64,000 bases of DNA from an uncultured Gammaproteobacteria bacterium (GTDB lineage Bacteria > Patescibacteriota > Microgenomatia > CAYXHB01), in NCBI GenBank assembly GCA_964561945.1, contig CAZLQM010000003.1, positions 1,954-65,953 of the forward strand. Reading direction: 5' to 3'. Under the pieces are notes generated by a model that saw nothing but the letters and a program-made list of their open reading frames with translations, was not told where the DNA came from and ran no database searches. Made by a program: the position numbers and the translations under genes. Shown here in pieces: positions 59,181 through 64,000 of this stretch (position 1 is its first letter; each line of letters starts with the position of its first letter).

Positions 59181-59208
59181 ACGTCGCACAATATAACTTT
59201 TGCGACAT
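59181..59208. other. Putative tyrosine-recombinase (dif-like) site, 11-6-11
   Basis: ACGTCGCACAA-TATAAC-TTTTGCGACAT; arms 9/11 inverted; about 440 bp upstream of the Xer gene. Confidence 0.5.
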
Positions 59209-59650
59209 AGAACTTAGATGTGAAGAGGAGAAATGATTATTAGAAATTGATTGTTATTTGATTGCTATTATTGTTTTTTGCGACTGTGAGCAAGATATAA
59301 ATTAATTGAATAATCCACTATTTGTTTTAATTAGACGTATTAATAAATACGAATATTATACGAATATTCTAGGGCGTTTAAATTCTGGAAAATCATAAAT
59401 TAGGTCGATTGTTGGTTAATATTAAGATATTTTGGGGTCATAATTTATTATGATATAGATATTTATTGTATTTAGATTTATTTTTGGTGACGTCTATTGA
59501 CTGTCATTTACATATGGTTTTTATTTGTAAGTTGCATTTAATAAAATACAATTTGTGTTTATTAAATATATTGTGTACCTCATGAGTTGGAGTGCTTATA
59601 TATTTTTTAAAATGATGACATGAAACATTGGTTTGTGATACAAATAAATT

Positions 59651-60649
59651 ATGTCGCACAATCCATCGATGCTTCCTCAAGGGAATTTGGAGATGTTGTT
59701 GGGTGATTTTTTTGATTATTTGTTGGTTGAGCGACAGGTGTCTGTGTTGACTGTGAGGAATTATCGACATTATTTGGAACGATTTGCAGGGTGGATTTTT
59801 GAGGCTGGGAGAACTAAGTTCGATGTGGAAGAAATTGATCAAACGTTGATACGTAAATACCGAGTTTGGTTAGCATCGTTTCCTGTAGAAGGTGGAGGAG
59901 TATTGGACGGAGTGACTCAGAGTTATCATGTGATTGCCCTACGCTCTTTTTTGCGATGGTTGATTAAGACTGATCATAAGGTATTGGCGCCTGATCAGTT
60001 GGATTTGCCAAAGGCAAAAAATCGCAGGGTTGAGTTTATGAGTATGGATGAAGTAGAAAGATTGTTGGAAATGCCAATCACCTCTACTCTATCGGGATTG
60101 CGTGATAAAGTTATATTGGAAATGTTATTTAGTACTGGGTTGCGAGTTAGTGAGTTAGTGGGGTTGGATCGAGATCAGATTAATATCGAGCGGAGAGAGT
60201 TTGGGGTCAAAGGAAAAGGTGGGCGTGTAAGAGTGGTGTTTTTGAGTGAGCAAGCGACCCATTGGCTAGAAAGTTATCTGGTAACTCGGGATGATGAATG
60301 GGAACCGCTGTTTATAAACTATCGAGGAAGCGCGCAGAGTGAGTCTGTGGAAGAAGAAATGAAGAAATTCGATCCAGAGTATGGTAAGGCGCGGAGATTG
60401 ACAGCTCGGAGTGTACAGAGAATAGTAAAGTTGTATGCCAAAAAGGCAAAGATTCCGATTACGATAACCCCGCATGTGATTAGGCATTCGTTTGCAACGG
60501 ACTTGTTAACTGCAGGAGCGGATCTTAGAAGTGTACAAGAATTATTGGGACATAAGAATATTGCGACTACACAAATCTATACGCATGTGACTAATCGGCA
60601 ATTGAAAAATGTACATGAGCAGTTTCACAGTAAGGGAAAGGATTTTTGA
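59651..60649 (+). CDS. XerC/XerD-family tyrosine recombinase
   Basis: SAM-like N-domain; TGLRVSE, KGKG, PHVIRHSFAT, LLGH, TQIYTH. Confidence 0.93.
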   Translation: MSHNPSMLPQGNLEMLLGDFFDYLLVERQVSVLTVRNYRHYLERFAGWIFEAGRTKFDVEEIDQTLIRKYRVWLASFPVEGGGVLDGVTQSYHVIALRSFLRWLIKTDHKVLAPDQLDLPKAKNRRVEFMSMDEVERLLEMPITSTLSGLRDKVILEMLFSTGLRVSELVGLDRDQINIERREFGVKGKGGRVRVVFLSEQATHWLESYLVTRDDEWEPLFINYRGSAQSESVEEEMKKFDPEYGKARRLTARSVQRIVKLYAKKAKIPITITPHVIRHSFATDLLTAGADLRSVQELLGHKNIATTQIYTHVTNRQLKNVHEQFHSKGKDF

Positions 60650-60652
60650 GGT

Positions 60653-60727
60653 AGACTTCTCTACCCTGCGCTATTATTGGCGTGATTATAGCGTGATAAG
60701 CACACTTGAGTTATGCAAAAAAAGCCC
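60653..60727. repeat. Array boundary repeat R1
   Basis: AGACTTCTCTACCCTGCGCTATTATT(GGCGTGATTAT)AGCGTGATAAGCACACTTGAGTTATGCAAAAAAAGCCC. Confidence 0.85.
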
Positions 60728-60750
60728 CGTAGCAAGGTTAGCTGCGGGGC
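60717..60750 (-). terminator. Intrinsic terminator of cassette gene E
   Basis: A7 followed by a GCCCCGTAGC/GCTGCGGGGC stem. Confidence 0.75.
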
Positions 60751-60771
60751 GATGGATGTTTTCTGGGAGTG

Positions 60772-61341
60772 TTATGCCTGTCTGAATCGGAGATCCATGA
60801 TTTCCTGTTCGGAACTCTCGAGTTGCTCGAGAGTTGTTTCTGCTGCAGAAATCTCACTACGTAGGTGTTTGAGATATTCTGTAAACAGAAGCAGGTTGCC
60901 TCGAGTTTGACGAAGTAGCCTCAAGTATCCCTCCGCTTGTTGTCGATGGTATTTCCGGTTGATTTTTGAAATCAACTCTTCAGAACTCCCAAGCCATTTC
61001 AGTGTGATTCGTCCTTCTTGGAGGTGATATCTGAGACACTCAATCTCAGAGGTCATGTCCTCTATCTGGTAAAAATCTTCTGGTTTGCTGGCTTCATAGC
61101 GAAGTGTATAAAGGATTTCTTTTGCGAGTTCTTGGTGCCACTGGATGCGGCGTTTGCAGATTTCAGCTCTTGATGTACCGAAAAACTCGATAGGTTTACC
61201 CGAGGCTTTGGAGTGCAGCAAAAATTTATTTTCCCACGTTTTAAAATCATCGTGGAAATAAATTTCTTCGCTGCGAAGTGCTGTGAGACCCTCTGAGGCC
61301 ATCATGATATGCTCGGCTTGTGTGTATTTCGGCTGTGGCAT
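60772..61341 (-). CDS. Hypothetical protein with three 'GTS..EI' helical repeats (cassette gene E)
   Basis: SD, promoter and terminator; repeats FGTSRAEI / LGSSEELI / LESSEQEI. Confidence 0.8.
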   Translation of the reverse strand: MPQPKYTQAEHIMMASEGLTALRSEEIYFHDDFKTWENKFLLHSKASGKPIEFFGTSRAEICKRRIQWHQELAKEILYTLRYEASKPEDFYQIEDMTSEIECLRYHLQEGRITLKWLGSSEELISKINRKYHRQQAEGYLRLLRQTRGNLLLFTEYLKHLRSEISAAETTLEQLESSEQEIMDLRFRQA

Positions 61342-61445
61342 TTGTTTCTCCTTGGTTTTTAAAGTTCCACCGGTGATTCAACGTAGGCTGAACCAATCCT
61401 TGTTTAGGATGATGGATATTATAGGTTTTTAAACTCAGAAGTCAA
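61342..61445 (-). promoter_or_regulatory. Cassette-type promoter/leader, copy E
   Basis: TTGACT-16-TATAAT; ATCCT/AGGAT; TGGTTCAGC/GTTGAATCA; GGTGGAACTTTAAAA; AAGGAG. Confidence 0.8.
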
Positions 61446-61468
61446 TACTATAAGATGTTATCAAATGC

Positions 61469-61532
61469 AGACTTCTCTACCCTGCGCTATTATTAGCGTG
61501 ATAAGCACACTCAAGTTATGCAAAAAAAGCCC
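61469..61532. repeat. Array boundary repeat R2
   Basis: Matches R1 except for one missing 11-bp unit and 2 substitutions. Confidence 0.85.
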
Positions 61533-61553
61533 ACGGTTTGGGGAAACCGTGGG
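61522..61553 (-). terminator. Intrinsic terminator of cassette gene F
   Basis: A7 followed by CCCACGGTTT-GGGG-AAACCGTGGG. Confidence 0.8.
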
Positions 61554-61585
61554 ATAGGTGGATGTCTCTTTGGGAAAAACTAAAG

Positions 61586-62125
61586 CTAAAGCTGGCGGAA
61601 GCGGATCTGATCGATCTTTTCTTCTGATATCCCCAGCTCATCAAGCGTGGTGCGAGCTTTTTGAGCAAAATCCTCGAGCTTGTTGAGGAGTTGAGTGAAT
61701 TTGTAAAGATCTTCTGAGAGTTGTGAAAGCTCAATCCACGTCATTAGAGCATAGTGTTTGTAATGTTGGAGCCTGAGAGATTGAATTTTAGCCTCTGAAA
61801 GCCCCATGTCTTCAAGTGTCAATCGAGCTGCCTTGAGATGAAAGCGGAGATGCTTGACAGCCCCTTCTGAGAAATACTGAGGAATGTTTTCCTGCAAGTA
61901 TTTGGCAAAATAATGTGCTTGGGCAGTGTGCCATCGAATGTAGTGCTTGAAGATTTCGGTCTATGAGGTGCCAAAGGCTTCAATTGGTTTTTCTGAAAGC
62001 CTTTGATGTCTCCAAAATTCGTCTTCCCAAATTTTAAAGTTTTGAGAAACGATTTCTAGGCTACGCAAAGCAGCAAGGCATTGCCTTGCCATCATCTCAT
62101 GCTCATTAGGTGTATAAGCCGTCAT
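61586..62125 (-). pseudogene. Paralog of 60772..61341 with one in-frame TAG (cassette gene F)
   Basis: ORFs 61961..62158 and 61586..61897 share a frame; reads FGTS*TEIFKHYIRWH against FGTSRAEICKRRIQWH, and both proteins end in RFRQx. Confidence 0.8.
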
Positions 62126-62232
62126 TGCGTTTTTCCTCCTTGAGATGTCAAAGTCCACCGATAATTCAACAAGTGTTGAACTAATCCTGAATTAGGATAC
62201 GTGTATTATAGGATTGTGGGTTAGTTTGTCAA
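62126..62232 (-). promoter_or_regulatory. Cassette-type promoter/leader, copy F
   Basis: TTGACA-16-TATAAT; ATCCT/AGGAT; TAGTTCAAC/GTTGAATTA; GGTGGACTTTGACA; AAGGAG. Confidence 0.8.
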
Positions 62233-62254
62233 TGTTATAAGGTACGGGGAAAGC

Positions 62255-62302
62255 AGACTTTTTTATTTTTTGTGTTATTTTTAGCGCGATTATGACGTGA
62301 TA
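62255..62302. repeat. Degenerate array boundary repeat R3
   Basis: AGACTTTTTTATTTTTTGTGTTATTTTTAGCGCGATTATGACGTGATA aligns to the first ~46 bp of R1, mostly through C->T changes. Confidence 0.6.
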
Positions 62303-62330
62303 TTTTATGAAGAATATAAGTTTTGGGTTA

Positions 62331-64000
62331 TTAGTTTAGCTCTAGTTGTGTATCGTTGATGATTTCGCCTTCGAGGACGGCTGCGGTAGTGACGAAGTCG
62401 TTAGGGCGAGGTCTCATGAGGATGACCCCTTGGGTGGCTCTTCCTAGGGTGGGGACGTTTTTGATGGGGAGTTTGATGACTTGGGCTGATTTGGTGGTGA
62501 TTAAGAGTTCAAGTGAGTCTTGGTTGACTAATCTGGCGGCGACAATGTGGCCTGTTTTAGCTGTGACGTTAGCTATTTTGACTCCCTGACCTCCCCTGCC
62601 TTGGAGTGGAAATTGACTGATTACAGTTTGTTTGCCTAGACCATTTTCCATGACGACGAGAATGGTGGGTTTAGGATTAAGTGTTTCCATGCCAGAGGAG
62701 ATAACTTCGCAACCGACAACATAGTCATCGGGTGACGAGAGCTTCATGCCGATGACACCCATGGTGTCGCGACCTGTGGCTCGTATGTCTTCTTCGGAGA
62801 AGCGGATGGATTTGCCGTTATAGGAAACTAGGAGGAGATGGTCTTTGCCTTGTGTAGCTAATGCGCGGACTAGTTTGTCGTCATCTTTGAGGTTAATGGC
62901 AATTAAACCATTGACACGAATATTGGCGTATTCGGAGAGGGCGGTTTTTTTAACTGTGCCTTTACGGGTTGTAAGAAGTACATACTGGGATTTGTTTTGG
63001 AATTGTTCATTATTAAGAGTTAATAGTGATTGGACTGTTTCGGTGCTTTCGATGTTGAGCAGATTGACTAAACTTGAACCTTTGGAGGTACGAGAGCCTT
63101 CGGGAAGTTCCCAGACTTTGAGTTTGAATACTTTGCCTTTGTCGGTGAAGAAAAGAATATGATCGTGAGTTTCGGCAGAGATTATATGGGCGATATCGTC
63201 TTCGGCTTTGGTGGTCATGCCAGAAACGCCTTTGCCACCGCGTTTTTGTTGACGGAAGGCTTGGGGCTGGAGACGTTTGACGTAGCCTGAATTGGTGATG
63301 GCAATGACGGTTTTTTCGCGAGGGACAAGATCCTCTTCGTTGAAGTCGCCCAAAGGATGAGGGACGATTTTAGTCCGGCGTTCGTCGCCGAAGTCTTTGA
63401 TAAGTTGTTTAACTTCGTCTGAGATAACGGTAATTATTTTTTCGGGGTGCATGAGTAAGTCTTCGAGATGGCGAATTGTAGCCATAATTTCGTTGTATTC
63501 GTCTTCAATTTTTTTGCGTTCAAGACCTGAGAGTTTGCGTAGTTGCATGTCAAGGATGGCAACAGATTGGATTTCAGATAAACCAAATTTGGACATTAAG
63601 TTGTTTTTGGCTTCATCAGTGTCTTTGGAGGCACGAATGGTTTTAATGATTTCGTCAATATGATCAAGGGCTATTTTGAGTCCTTCGAGGATATGAGCTC
63701 TATATCGGGCATTACGCAGGTCAAATTGTGAACGACGGACAATAATGACTTGACGATGTTTGACGTATTCGGTAAGGATTTGTTTGAGGGAAACAGTTTG
63801 GGGGGTCCCATCGACGAGAGCAACGATGTTGGCTGGGAAATTGGTTTGGAGTTGGGTGTGCTTATAGAGTTGGTTAAGCACGGCCTTGGGTTTGGCGTCT
63901 TTCTTGAGCTCAATGACGACTCTGATACCTTGGCGGTCAGATTCGTCGCGTAAATCACTGATGCCATCGACTTTTTTGTCTCGGACAAGTTCGGCGATTT
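62331..64000 (-). CDS. gyrA: DNA gyrase subunit A, 3' part (5' end beyond the window)
   Basis: RAHILEGL, AILDMQL, GyrA box QKRGGKG, beta-pinwheel repeats. Confidence 0.96.
   Translation of the reverse strand, partial: IAELVRDKKVDGISDLRDESDRQGIRVVIELKKDAKPKAVLNQLYKHTQLQTNFPANIVALVDGTPQTVSLKQILTEYVKHRQVIIVRRSQFDLRNARYRAHILEGLKIALDHIDEIIKTIRASKDTDEAKNNLMSKFGLSEIQSVAILDMQLRKLSGLERKKIEDEYNEIMATIRHLEDLLMHPEKIITVISDEVKQLIKDFGDERRTKIVPHPLGDFNEEDLVPREKTVIAITNSGYVKRLQPQAFRQQKRGGKGVSGMTTKAEDDIAHIISAETHDHILFFTDKGKVFKLKVWELPEGSRTSKGSSLVNLLNIESTETVQSLLTLNNEQFQNKSQYVLLTTRKGTVKKTALSEYANIRVNGLIAINLKDDDKLVRALATQGKDHLLLVSYNGKSIRFSEEDIRATGRDTMGVIGMKLSSPDDYVVGCEVISSGMETLNPKPTILVVMENGLGKQTVISQFPLQGRGGQGVKIANVTAKTGHIVAARLVNQDSLELLITTKSAQVIKLPIKNVPTLGRATQGVILMRPRPNDFVTTAAVLEGEIINDTQLELN

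Noticed and set aside
58906-59650. oriC in the long AT-rich gap
   Set aside because: Only one or two imperfect DnaA-box-like words, no dnaA/dnaN adjacent and no skew reversal. The 59504..59842 ORF is a low-complexity shadow.
59651-62302. Classical integron (IntI, attI, attC)
   Set aside because: The recombinase looks Xer-like, I see no attC RYYYAAC/GTTRRRY structure, and the cassettes are downstream, convergent and carry their own promoters. Reported instead as a distinct array.
586-63988. Many antisense or overlapping ORFs in the track (e.g. 586..1023, 1703..1933, 4914..5378, 19350..19814, 62845..63162)
   Set aside because: They lie over well-supported genes, have biased composition and show no motifs; they are shadows favoured by the strand skew.
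1-64000. CRISPR array, rRNA or transposase
   Set aside because: No regularly spaced short repeats with spacers, no rRNA-like segment, and no cas or transposase motifs were seen.
1-64000. Alternative genetic code (TGA=Gly or TAG recoding)
   Set aside because: TGA ends dnaX, dus and xer, TAG ends folD, frr and dnaB at the expected lengths, and conserved genes are uninterrupted.

Overview
64 kb of a bacterial chromosome in genetic code 11. Gene content points to Patescibacteria/CPR, most like Microgenomates (inference from a short EF-Ts, no pyrH between tsf and frr, TrbC/VirB2-like pilins and many ORFans). Most of the window is housekeeping: folD, rpsB-tsf-frr-rseP, rpsU-yqeY-ybeY, dnaX-ybaB-recR, cysS, gmd/rmd, rarA, dus, ychF, rpsF-ssb-rpsR, S41 protease, dnaB, efp, lspA, htrA, prfA, rpmE, yebC, tgt, a Xer-type recombinase, the 3' part of gyrA and tRNA-Leu(CAA). 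The + strand is very G/T-rich whichever strand is coding. Most core genes have no Shine-Dalgarno (SD) and have a -10 box only 6-10 nt before the start codon, so they look leaderless. Main highlights: (1) six ORFan genes share a structured leader (sigma70 promoter in five, one or two covarying hairpins, boxA-like GNACTTTNAMA, AAGGAG) and have their own terminators; two of them form an array bounded by three direct repeats directly after the Xer gene, which has an 11-6-11 dif-like site upstream; (2) rpsU has a perfect SD in this SD-poor genome; (3) an ATP-grasp ligase lies between two DUF1704/MATCAP-like peptidases; (4) a tRNA-Leu island carries XRE, NDT-like and HD-domain genes; (5) a duplicated pilin has alternative knottin-like/LamG C-termini. 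All calls come from reading the sequence; no database searches were run.
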